A DNA stretch of 64,000 nt, taken from assembly GCA_965644295.1 (NCBI GenBank), contig CBFFRP010000423.1, forward strand, positions 186,001 to 250,000, written 5' to 3'. The DNA comes from Paraphysomonas bandaiensis. Taxonomy: Eukaryota > Protista > Chrysophyceae. Shown piece after piece: positions 50,957 through 62,700 of the stretch. The notes beneath the pieces were generated by a model, which did not search any database, was not told the origin of the DNA, and worked only from the letters and a program-made list of their open reading frames with translations. Positions within the stretch are counted from its first letter, which is position 1. The number at the start of each line of letters is the position of its first letter. A program made the translations under genes and the position numbers.

Positions 50957-51796
50957 TACAATGTTATCTAGACTATTCATTTTAGCTTTAATGTTTCACC
51001 GTTACTCTGTACGACGTAGATAATATACTGATATGGTTACGTTGATATAATCATTATATATGCACTACTTGTTGATTTGTACAAAAATGGAGTAAGAGAA
51101 ACTAATTTCACTGCTAAATCGATATTTTATCGACTATTTTTGTGAACAGTACTTTATTGTAATAGTCAGAACCGGTTGATAAAAACGACCCCACCTCGTT
51201 GATTGTTGATAATTTAACAAAGTGCAACATATTCGAGTTTTTGCGATGTAACCAGAAATCATCTCTGCTTTCAAATATTGCTTCTTTTTTACTTTCGTTG
51301 AAGCTGAAGTTCATACTCAGATATGCATTGCGGAAGTTTGCCTTCAATTTTTTGGCTTTCAATTTTAGCGTACAGCAGGAGAGTTATGCAAACGATATAA
51401 TCATAATTTAAAATTTTAAACTACAGGCATAATATTGAGGCATATTCTAGTAGATATGGACGGGATTGGCGAATGTGAAGTAACAGTTGTTTCAACAACC
51501 CCCAGTAGCGAGGATGCTGTCTGTGTATCGACCTCTGTATTCTGTATCGACCTCTGCGGCCTATGCAGTTGAAGGTCTGTTCGTCAGTGCATATATTGAA
51601 TGGACACAATTTTATAAGTGTAATATAGGTAGTAGAATACCCTGGAGGAGGACTACTTGTGGCGGGAGCGACATTTTTGGTTCACCCAATTGCACTTACA
51701 TCACATGCCACTGCTCCAAACTACTACCAATTATGGATTTTTCTTGCGCAGATGTGTATGTCCTCGAATGCGAAACCACATAGGTTTCAGCCAGGT

Positions 51797-52320
51797 ATAT
51801 AATAAAGTCTGATTATTACTTTGTTGGCCCTTTACTAGTCTGATAGAGTGAAGCTAATTTATACCACAGTACTGGTGCACGAATAACGAAATCAGTAATA
51901 ATGTTATTCTACATCTACAAATTCTTTGTGTCAGTGCTACTGTAGGTAACGAGCGATATCACCCTCTATCTGTTACTGCGAGCACCATGTCAGGGGGGCG
52001 ACCTTTAGGTAACACCTCTGTTATACTAGAGGTGTGGGGACTATGCGCTTCGGAGTCGTGAGAGGCGAGACTGAGTTGTGTGGTTAGGGGGAGAAGGGCG
52101 CGCTGTAGGTGGTTGAGGCCGCGTGGGAAATGTGATAAGTGTTTGCCTTTTGTACGTGTTAGGAGTACGTGGGGGGGGGGCTTGAGGATTTCTGGGGGTG
52201 GAGGAGACCTGCTGAAGGAGGTTTAGTATTGGCGGGTTAAGCGTGTGGTGGGCTTGTGTGCTGGGGTGGGAGTGAGAGCTTGGATATGGTGTGGGAGAGG
52301 TAGTCGAATTCATTTGTTGA
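51797..52320 (-). mobile_element. Diverged 3' end of the same non-LTR family
   Basis: PPILNLLQQVSSTPR resembles PKVLQLLQATSTPR; LPKGRPPD at 51989-52012; same terminus GTAATAATCAGACTTT. Confidence 0.75.
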
Positions 52321-52820
52321 AGGACGAGAATTTCGAAAAGTTGAAGGGAGGCTCGATTACAAAAGGAGGCCCATAAACTGAAGGAAGCGAGAAAGGAAAA
52401 AGCTTGTCTCCACTTCGAAGCCACGGTTCTACCATCCACTTCAGTTGGCATTATTGACACAAACCAAGTGGAATTGTTCCAGCAGACAGAAGACGATGAC
52501 ACTGAATTTCCAGTTGCAGTGGACTCGCATAGGCAGACTATACAAAGTGATTCTGGCAATCGTAAGCGTGCTTATTCCCCCACTTGTCTGATTCTTCAAC
52601 TTCAACATCTTCACGGAAGAAGAGCACACGGTCTGACAGGAGAACTAATCGTGATATCTTGGATGATAAGTACAACAAATCCATAGTCAAAGAGGTTGCG
52701 AGCACAAGCGGAACGTATTAAACTACCAGAGTGCATATTGAAAGTAAGCTGTTTGATTTTCTCACAAACATGACAGAAATGCACAGTGACATGGAAGTCA
52801 TGTTGAGTGATATGCAAAAG

Positions 52821-53118
52821 GTAGTCAGCAGATATTGTTCTGCCCACTCATAGCCAAATGCTTGTGTGGTACAAGGGACACTAATAAGTGTCACTTGTGT
52901 AGACGTCTTTGGGCCCTGACGAATAAACAGGCATCCGGGAATGGGCCCACCTCAAGGGCATCCGGGACAGGGCCCACCAGAAGGGTAACCGGGGTATTGG
53001 GCTGCCTGCTGAAGTTAAGCATCCGGGATGTTCACCTTAAGAACTCAAAACACCTGAAGTCAGCAGATGTCAGGTATATCAACATTCTGCTTGCTCCCTG
53101 CGTTTGCTTTGAGTGATT
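52821..53118 (+). mobile_element. Partial copy of the 12827-13672 element
   Basis: Shares GTAGTCAGCAGATA..ATAGCCAAATG..CACTTGTGTAGACGTCTTTGGGCC..GGCATCCGGGAATGGGCCCACCTCAAGGG..GTATTGGGCTGCCT. Confidence 0.85.
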
Positions 53119-53559
53119 GATGCTGAGTATGAGTTCACATTATTCGGTATCTGTGTGGCCAATGACCGAGGTAATGCGTCAAACTTTCCTCATGGATGCA
53201 TGGCAATGGCAATGATGTGATTAGACCTGTCATGTCTTCTCACACGTCTACTGCCTAGTCTTGGTTTCTCCTGACCCAGGTCATTGAGATTATATCAAGG
53301 CTCTGGCACTGTTCTCCAAGCAGTGTCAGGTACATTTGTGGTGCTTTTATGTTATTCTTGCTTAGTAGGTTTTCATCCGAGCGGGGAAGGTGCACGGTTT
53401 CCTACTAGTGTAAGTCACTCGGGAGAAGAGTGCAAGGTGGATGCATGTGCTGGACGAGTGCACACAATGGAGGGAAGACATTGGAGTCAGCTTGAATTTG
53501 TAACAGATTTTGGTAGATGTCTGTTTCATGCGTCAGTGTGCAAAATTGCACCAGTGAGA

Positions 53560-53935
53560 CCGCTTCGTGACCGTGGGAGGACCCGGCGCTATAGAGCTAC
53601 TTTATTCTCCCTTCCAGACTACCTGCTGCTGTGAACACCACCTTGAAGAGGGCCCTAAAGATCTGCCGCATATACAGGAGACATATGCCGAAGACACCGA
53701 CCGCAAGTTGTTTGTGTTAGGACAAGTAGATTGGGCAGGAGCGTATGATCCGGCTTAAACACGCAACTCGTCGTATGCCCATGTAGCTAACTAAATCGTG
53801 TTGTATAGTTGAGCACTTGTCGGTGCATGCAATAGTAACTAGATGAGAGTCATGTTATGCATAGTGTCGCGCGAGTTGTTAGGTTGGTCGCGGCAACGCA
53901 CAAGCTTGCGCTTCTTAATAATCAGATTTTCAATA
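53560..53935 (+). mobile_element. Probable retroelement 3' end relic
   Basis: Frame ending AYDPA*, partial motif GGTCGCGGCAACGCACAAGC and terminus TAATAATCAGATTTTC similar to the LINE end. Confidence 0.4.
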
Positions 53936-53979
53936 TATGCAAAAGGTAATAAAAGAATAGTTGTAACACTTAATTAATC

Positions 53980-54258
53980 ATTCGGTCTCCATGTATATTC
54001 CTAGTGGAGTGTCAATTGATTGATACTTTATACCGTGGTGATGCTTCCAGCCATTGTATAACGCCATTTGAATGAAGTTGTTGTACCGTCTTGCATTCTC
54101 TCCGTCGTCTACAGGACCATCTCTTGGTCTTTGCGTCTTTGCGTTGCAATGACTGTGCAGTCTATAAAGGAAAATACTTTGAAAAGGCTTGGTGGGTGGG
54201 AGTGAAGACGTGAAGACTCTTCTTACGTAGAAGCTTCAATCGAATCTTCTCGGCCATA
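53980..54258 (-). pseudogene. PIF/Harbinger-type DDE transposase fragment
   Basis: VFSFIDCTVIATQR, an 8-nt duplication frameshift, then RPRDGP..IQMALYNGWKHHHGIKYQSIDTPLG: DDE_Tnp_4-type first Asp and the YNGxKxxHxxKxQ motif. Confidence 0.75.
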
Positions 54259-54748
54259 AAAGGAATATATGGTTTCATATCTTTTTGCCCTCGTTTTAAA
54301 ATTTTGAGCGCGGGACAATATAGCCTCCTTATTGCCCGTGGTTAATTATAACCATATTAATTTTGTAATAAATAATATAAATAGAAGCTATCAAGGAGAG
54401 AGAATGGAAACTATCGAAGAGAAAGCCCCTTTTTAGGGGTTGGGGTAGAAAAAGGGGCTTGTTCCTGTCTCTCTCCCTTCGTTTTTTAACATATTCTTTC
54501 CTGGCCCTCATATAATTTGAATGAGAGCTATATAATTAGACAAGATTTAGCAATACACACAGTAATTGTTCAATGATAAGTATTATTATATTACGGCTGT
54601 TTCATAGCATGTAAAATTTAAATTTTACTTAAACATAGAACGTGTACAGTGCTTACTTGATAATGCAATAAATAATGCAGTTATTGGTACTGTGTTCACC
54701 CGGATTTAGAAATACCAGCTAGAAATCGAATGAGACATAAAACACAAT

Positions 54749-55441
54749 TTAAGATGCCTTTGTAAGGTTCGATTTCTTGGTGACGGTTTTGCCCATCCCG
54801 AAATTATCTCCGCCAACAAGGGGAGCCCAGTAAGGATCCAGTATGTAGAAGACACTGTAAATTAAACAGTAGGAGCACCACTTCGATCCTAATGTTAGTG
54901 TGCCTTCTGTGACATACAACGTTGTCATGACAGCCCCTAGAATAGATATGTGAAGCAGTCCAACACGTAGAGGCATAAGAACGAAAAACACCAAGGCGAC
55001 AATGCCACTGTGAATTAAAATTTGATACATTTCTGCTTCAACACCACCCCAGCAAAGAGAAGGACCGTGAATAGAGTCGACAACATGAGAGCAATTGAAC
55101 TGGTACATCATACCAAGGATAGGTAAAATATGTAGTGCAGCAAGAGTTGAGCGATATTTCGGTAGTGCGTTGGAAGGATAGAAACATTGAACACAATGTT
55201 GTGATAAAACAACAAGTGGTATAATATATTTGGATACAGTATAATTAGGAGTCGAACATGATGATAATCCAACACGTCCATCTTCAATCCATAAAGTAAA
55301 ATCAATTAATTGTGTTAGTGTAAATGTGAAAAGATAAGCAGCACCCCATCGATCATAATTAAGATTTCTACGATATAAATAAATACATACACCCCATGCA
55401 CCAAGTGCGGCAGCTAATGATATTTCAGGTGACCAACACAT
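54749..55441 (-). CDS. Multi-pass membrane protein, DUF5765-like; intronless
   Basis: N-terminal MCWSPEISL, then TQLIDFTLW and C-terminal GSKWC; six to seven hydrophobic helices. Confidence 0.7.
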   Translation of the reverse strand: MCWSPEISLAAALGAWGVCIYLYRRNLNYDRWGAAYLFTFTLTQLIDFTLWIEDGRVGLSSCSTPNYTVSKYIIPLVVLSQHCVQCFYPSNALPKYRSTLAALHILPILGMMYQFNCSHVVDSIHGPSLCWGGVEAEMYQILIHSGIVALVFFVLMPLRVGLLHISILGAVMTTLYVTEGTLTLGSKWCSYCLIYSVFYILDPYWAPLVGGDNFGMGKTVTKKSNLTKAS

Positions 55442-55892
55442 GATTGATTTTAATTATGGTATTGATACTGATATATATGGACACTAGACACTTATATATA
55501 TATATGTAGACGTATAGATGTATGTGTCCATACAATCACATACATACATACATATACATACATACATACATACATACATAGTACGATAGACACTGACAAT
55601 GTCCACATACTCAAAACGAATATTCTCTCATTGTTCGTAGTATCTGTTGCTCCTCCTGGATAAGATCTCTTTTTGAAACTAAAACTGAAAAAGGTGTCGA
55701 TTAAAGATATTTCTGCCATAAGTCTTTGTAAAAAAAAATATAACTGCCAAGGTCTATCTATATACAGAGAGTAGAGGCGTATGACTCACACACACTCACT
55801 CTATGCATCGTTATGTATGAAATCTACCGTATCATATAAAACAATAGAAGAAACCTATATGGACACTATCTTAACATACACACATACATACA

Positions 55893-55928
<36 letters not shown>

Positions 55929-55968
55929 TAGGGATAGTAAACATTCTATTTAACATTAAATTATAACA

Positions 55969-57436
55969 ATGTCAGATAGTCATGTAAGTTCTACTTTCAT
56001 CTTCCCTATAAGAATATCAATAACAATGTCTCATTATTGTTGTCTAGGTTGCAGATGTTCAAGCTGAGTTACAACAATATTTAAATTCGAAAAATATTAA
56101 TGGATTATTTATACAAATTGTTGAAAGTTTATTAATTGAAAAACCAGCTAATCCTGTTGGTTTTATGATTGAATATCTTTATAAACAATTTCCTGATCAA
56201 GCAAAAGCAGCAAGTATTGGAGGACTACAAGACAATGCTGAGTATGTATATATATATATGTGTGTATGTATGTATATATGTGTATATATATATGTATGTG
56301 TGTATATGATGAAGTTAATTATTTTCTATTCAGATCTAAAGCTGAAAGTAAGGGTGAAGATAGCAAACCAACTAGTAAAGCCCCTGCTAAAGGAGATAGT
56401 GACAGTGAGGATGAAGAAGATGAGGATGATGTCGCAGATATTGTAGAGATGGCTCCTCGTCCTCAACCGAAATCGCGTCGCGTATCTGTCTCTGCTGAGT
56501 CAATGGACCCTAGCAAAATGAAAGCCCAGATGTCTAATGTCACCAAGATTGAAAAGAGTCCTGAGGTTGCTACACGTCTACTGGAGGTTGTCTCCAAATC
56601 TCCATTGCTTCGTACTCTCGACGATGATCAACGTGATATGATCGTCAAAGCCTTTTCAGGACCTCTCATAAAGCAACCTGGCGACGACATTATTGTCCAG
56701 GGTGATATTGGAGACATATTCTACCTTCTGGAGGAAGGAATGGTGGATGTATATGTCAGTAAAAAAGGAAATCCTGAGGTCAAGGTACACACATACACTC
56801 CTGGTAATTCTTTCGGAGAATTGGCGATCATGTACAATGCTCCTCGTGCGGCGACATGCCGTGCCCAGACAGAGTGTAAATTGTGGGCTTTAGATCGCGT
56901 ATCGTTCAAGGTCATTGTTGTAGCAGCGGCTATGCAGAAGCGCGAGATGTATGTTGGGTTCCTAAAGAACGTAAGTCTTGCTTTACCAAACATCGGACTC
57001 TTCTGTATGTGTGTTTGGAACTGTACGAATCTGACATGGTTTTTCCCAGGTACCTATACTGGAGACTCTCACTGAGATGGAAGTCATGACTCTAGCTGAT
57101 TCCATGGCTGAAGAGAAATACACTGACGGACAAGTTATTTGTAACCAAGGGGACTCTGGGGATTACTTCTATATTGTTAAGGATGGTACTGCAGTGTGCA
57201 CTCAGAAAGACTCGACAGGGGCTGATAAGGAAGTCGCTCGTTTACAGTCTGGAAATTACTTCGGAGAGATTGCGCTACTAACGGATAAGCCTCGCCAGGC
57301 AACTGTTAAGGCGGAGGGTGCATTAAAAGTACTTGCCCTAGACCGCGCAACTTTCACTCGAGTCATGGGTCCTATGGATGACATAATGAAGCGAAATATG
57401 GAGCAATACAATAAATACACAGCTGATAATGCGTAA
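55969..57436 (+). CDS. PKAR: cAMP-dependent protein kinase regulatory subunit; 4 exons
   Basis: Dimerization/docking helix (LLIEKPANPVGFMIEYL), inhibitory site RRVSVSAE, two cNMP domains FGELAIMYNAPRAAT and FGEIALLTDKPRQAT. Confidence 0.95.
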
Positions 57437-57685
57437 AGTTGTCAGGGTGTAGTTAGAATAGGACCATATGCACTTTCATCAAGTGGCAAGTGTCCGCAAT
57501 CCTTTTTGCTTAGATATCCGCGTGTTGTATGATTGGGTATGTGTTAAAGTAGTTAGTAGGTAGCTCAAGAATCAATGGCACTAAGGTGATCAGAAATTGA
57601 AATTATGACGAGACGTTTCAGTAATAAGAATTGTACGACGAGTAATAATAATCATACCGTAGTAGGTAGAGTGTGCTACTTTTGG

Positions 57686-57908
57686 GCCTAGTCAATTTGG
57701 TGAAATGTCCAAGTCGCACTAAAACATAGTTAAGGGGTTGAAAATCGTGTCATTGAATAGTTCATACTTTCAGTTTACAATTCTGATGAATATGTGTTTT
57801 GTTGTATGAAGCCATTAATGAATGAATGCAGAATTATATAATAACTTGAAAACGTTTTTACACCGAAATTAGTGTGACTAAGTAGTTATTTAACCAATCT
57901 AACTAGGC
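57686..57908. mobile_element. MITE-like element with imperfect TIRs
   Basis: GCCTAGT...ACTAGGC ends with subterminal AGTCGCACTAA / TTAGTGTGACT; homolog at 42385-42512. Confidence 0.55.
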
Positions 57909-58108
57909 TGAACAATATTTCCTTACATTGATACTTTGGATTACTGGGCTGAATATAAAAGTTTGCACTACACTACATATCTATATATGAAGAGCCGGCA
58001 ACGTATTCTGAATATCTTGTATCTTGTAAAGCCCCTCTGACTAACCCTATCTGCACTTCAAGGGCTCACATCCATAGAGATCTTCTCCCTCACTTATACA
58101 AGATATAG

Positions 58109-59750
58109 GAAAGTCTGATTATTACATGAGAACGGTTGTGCACAGAAACTAGTTTATATCTATAAACTAACTACAGTAATAACTAGATTTGTTAAATACT
58201 ACTAGTGGCGGGCAACCGTCTCGGGACTGCTTGTGCATCGCTTCGAGCACCATGGTGCAACCGTCCCTTGTATTGAGGTTAGTCGGGGGGTCTACCTTTG
58301 GGCAATGTGTCTGGTGGGCCTGTGCCATGGATTATGTGAGGGGTGGATGAGGCGAGATGTATATGAGAGTGTAAGTCGGTGGTGGAGATGGTGCTGGTTG
58401 TTGAGGTGGGGTTTCGGCCACAAGTAAGGAGGAGTTGTTTCCGGAGTGGTTGCGCTTGCCTCTGTCGGGTCTGGACTCTTGCAGAGAGTGTAGTTCTTGG
58501 GGTGGATGTCGCCTGGAGTAGTTGGAGTATTTTTGGTGTCGGGTGAGTATCCTGGAACTGGCGTTGCTGTGAATGTGTCGTGACCGGTGTCGCCGGTGCT
58601 GTGTCTGCGTTGTGGTGTCTGAATCCCCTATTGCGAATCATGCGGAGCCCTCCATCATATAGGGGGAGTAGGATAGAGGCGATGGATTTTTCGAGGGCGT
58701 GGAACTGATGTTCGAGCAGTGAGCTGGATATGTGGCGTCCGAATGCGTCGGCCAATTGTGTGGCAGTAATGTGGCCGGTCCAGTAGCGCTCAACCTGGGG
58801 GGTGGTTGGGTTCCATGCGGCTTTGGCTAGTTTGGTTATGGCGGTGTAAAACCAGGGATGGGGGGGCGTGCGTGTGCGAAGTTTGTCAAGCTTATTGTGG
58901 TGTGCTTGGTGGACATCTTCATGTATATGAATGATGTCAGGATGAGTGCAGGTGAGAAGCATGTGCGCCATGTTGTCTGTGGGGTGTGCACAATCTGTGC
59001 ATGTGGAAGCCGTTGTGCGATCATGTCCGGATTTTCCTTTGGCTCGGTTTCTTCCCATTGCGAAGGATTTGTCCCATACGTATGCCGTCTCGCGTATACG
59101 CTCTGCAAGGGAGATGTAGTGTTTGGAGGAGTTATGGGTACGGAGGGGGTGGAACTTGTGTGGGAGCCTTGTTCCGCTGCGTGTCCAATACTGCGGGTCT
59201 CGCTGCGTTTGTGCAGCATACATGCTATCTCGTCGGAGGGTGTATTGATGGAGGTCCCACTGGTGGTGGAGATCTGTGACGTCTCCTAGCATGGGACCGA
59301 GGTCTGTGAGGAGGTGTGTATCGTATCTTCGCCAGTGCCATTGACCCGTGGTGAAGAATTCATCTAGTCAGTTGTGACAACACTGTAGTTGGAGGCTCCG
59401 AGCACTCTGTCTAGTGTCTTCCATTCGCCACTGGCGGCGGCGTCAGCTATATAAATGCCGTGGTCAGTGTAGGTCCAGTTGCTTTGATCTTGTGTTCTAC
59501 GTTCGGGGTGCAAGCGCGTCCATTTTATTGGGCGCTGTTTAAGAGCTGTGGTGGCGAGGCATTCGTAGAATATTCCCTGGGGCTTTGTTCCGAAGGCGCG
59601 CCGTCTGTGTGAGAGGGCCTCTTTGGTCCGCGTCTGTACCGCCTGACAATCAGTCCAGATTGGCACGGAAGAGTGGAGTACAGTGGAGAATGTCAGTGCT
59701 GCTGACATTGCAAGGGTTTCGTAGGTGTATGCGTTGAGGCCAGGCGTGGT
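58109..59750 (-). mobile_element. 5'-truncated copy of the non-LTR retrotransposon, in tandem with the longer copy
   Basis: Closely similar to 59757-61400; small deletion and stop near 59364; same 3' terminus. Confidence 0.93.
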
Positions 59751-59756
59751 GTATAT

Positions 59757-62700
59757 GAAAGTCTGATTATTACATGAGTACGGTTGCGTACAGAAACTAG
59801 TTTATGTCTATAGACTAGCTAATAACTAGATTTGCTATATACTACTAGTGGCGGGCAACCGTCTCGGGACTGCTTGTGCATCGCTGCGAGCACCATGGTG
59901 CAACCGTCCCTTGTAGTGAGGTTAGTCGGGGGGTCTACCTTTGGGCAATGTGTCTGGCGGGCCTGTGCCATGGATTATTTGGGGGGTGGGTGAGGCGAGT
60001 TGTATATGAGAGTGCAAGTCGGTGGTGGAGATGGTGCTGGTTGTTGAGGTGGGGTTTCGGCTACAAGTAAGGAGAAGTTGTTTCCGGAGTGGTTGCGCTT
60101 GCCTCTGTCGGGTCTGGGCTCTTGCAGAGAGTGTAGTTCGTGGGGTGGATGTCGCCTGGAGTAGCTGGAGTACTTTTGGTGTCGGGTGGGTATCCTGGGG
60201 CTGGCGGGGCTTTGCGTGTGTCGGGACTGGTGTCGCCGGTGCCGTGTCTACGTTGTGGTGTCTGTGTCCCCTATTGCGAAGCATGCGGAGCCCTCCATCA
60301 TATAGGGGGAGTAGGATAGAGGCGATGGATTTTTCTAGGGCGTGGAATTGATGTTCGAGCAGTGAGCTGGATATGTGGCGTCCGAATGCGTCGGCCATTT
60401 GTGTGGCAGTAATGTGGCCGGTCCAGTAGCGCTCAACCTGGGGGGTGGCTGGGTTCCATGCGGCTTTGGCTAGTTTGGTTATGGCGGTGTAAAACCAGGG
60501 ATGGGGGAGCGTGCGCGTGCGAAGTTTGTCAAGCTTATTGTGGTGTGCTTGGTGGACATCTTCACGTATGTGAATGATGTCAGGGTGAGTGCAGGTGAGA
60601 AGCATGTGCGCCATGTTGTCTGTGGGGTGTGCACAGTCTGCGCATGTGGAAGCCGTTGTGCGATCGTGTCCGGATTTTCCTTTGGCTCGGTTTCTACCCA
60701 TTGCAAAGGATTTGTCCCATACGTATGCCGTCTCGCGTATACGCTCTGCGAGGGGGATGTAGTGTTTGGAGGAGTTATGGGTACGGAGGGGATGGAGCTT
60801 GTGTGGGAGCCTTGTTCCGCTGCGTGTCCAATACTGCGGGTCTCGTTGCGTTTGTGCAGCATACATGCTATCTCGTCGGAGGGTGTATTGATGGAGGTCC
60901 CACTGGTGGTGGAGATCTGTAACGTCTCCTAGCATAGGACCGAGGTCTGTGAGGAGGTGTGTATCGTATCTACGCCAGTGCCATTGACCCGTGGTGAAGA
61001 ATTCTTCCAGTATGTGCGTAGCGTCTGTTGTGACAACACTGTAGTTGGAGGCTCCGAGCACTTTGTCTAGTGTCTTCCAGTCGCCGCTGGCGGCGGCGTC
61101 AGCTATATAAATGCCGTGGTCAGTGTAGGTCCAGTTGCTTTGATCTTGTGTTCTACGTTCGGGGTGCGAACGCGTCCATTGTATTGGGCGCTGTTTAAGA
61201 GCTGTGGTGGCGAGGCATTCGTAAAATATTCCCTGGGGCTTTGTTCCGAGGGCGCGCCGTCTGTGTGAGAGGGCCTCTTTGGTCCGCGTCTGTACCGCCT
61301 GGCAGTCAGTCCAGATTGGCACGGAAGAGTGGAGTACATTGGAGAATGTCAGTGCTGCTGACATTGCAAGGGTTTCGTAGGTGTATGCGTTGAGGCCAGG
61401 CGCTGTGTGCTGTGGTGCCGTAAGTTGTAGGATTTTGGTTTGTCTGTGACCCCAGGTGTTCTTGGGCGGGAGCCATACAATTGCAGCTCCTCCGTCGTGA
61501 GAATTGGGCTGTGTGTGGGTGTTGCCGAGTAGGTGAGCAGGGGTGAGGTGTGTGCGTGTGAAGGATCCATCCGTGAAGATGGCTTTGTAAGCATATTTGT
61601 GATCATTGTACAGTTGTAGCTGTGATTGGACTTTGTCAATGGTAGCTCGGAATTGTGGCGTAGCTGGGGAGGGAGGTTGTATTCTGATGCCTAGTTGTTG
61701 CCCCCATTGTACCAGACTGGTGATGTACGTGTCAACGTCCTGGGGGGGGTGCTCGTAGCGTTGCAAGAGCGATATGGCCGCACTCTTGGGCTGTCCTCCG
61801 AGTGTGAGAGCTCGTTGAAGAGTATGCCATTTCTGAGTCTGGGCGTGGGTTGAAAATTTGCGCAGTCCAAGCCCTTTGTATTTCGGGGGAAGGTAGATAA
61901 GATCCGTGGGATATCCAGGGGGGAGACGGAGTATTTTCCTAGCGGCCTGCGCGAGTAGTTTGTCTATGGCGATGTATTTAGCGTATGTCCAGGATGCTTT
62001 GGTGGCCTTGTATAGTAGGGTCGGGAGTATTTGTGTGTTGAGGACGAGTAGCTTGCAGTCAGGTGTCGCGCATTTGGATCGTAGAACTGCCGTGGATGTG
62101 GCTATGTAGGTGGTGCACCAGCTGTGGGAGTCGGTGTCCTTTACTGAGAATGGAAGTTGTACGCCGAGATACTTGGTGGAATTGGTGGTTGTTCGGATGG
62201 GGATGGGGTGTGGGCACCAGTTCCAGTCTCTTATGATGATGTGTGGGTTTGATTCTAACATGGCCGTCACCGCAAATGGGGCTCCCAGGGCAATGCATTC
62301 AGTTTTGGGGATGTTTAGTTGCATTCCGGAGAAGGCGCAGAAGGATGAGAGTTTGTCGGCCTTGAGCTGAGTGGCCTCAATGGAAGTTGTGATTTGGGAG
62401 AGGTCATCTGCGTACGCCTCATCTTGGCTATCATCATGTAGGTCAGACCAGCATAGGATCATGTCAAAGATGACGATCCATGCAACTGTGGATTCAGTTC
62501 CACCTTGTGTGACCCCTCTCTCCGCGGAGAATCCCATGTCAGGGTGCTGGATAAAGGAGCCATCTGAGCCAAGCAGTTCTTCGAGTGATCGGGGATCGAT
62601 GTTGTCGGCCATGTGTGGGGTCCAGATGAAGGTGCGACCCCCATCGTCGAGGTCGCTTAGCCATTTGATCGTGTCATCGGGGACACCAAGTCTTGCCCAT

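Noticed and set aside
51114-51783. Short ORFs downstream of the LRR gene
   Set aside because: No recognisable motifs or consistent exon structure.
54244-54258. U2 snRNA-like word CTTCTCGGCC
   Set aside because: Not followed by the U2 stem I or branch-pairing sequence; it lies within the Harbinger relic.
54423-54460. Hairpin AAGCCCCTTTTT/AAAAAGGGGCTT resembling a bacterial intrinsic terminator
   Set aside because: Nuclear eukaryotic context, ~290 bp from the nearest stop and beside a transposon relic; more likely TE subterminal sequence.
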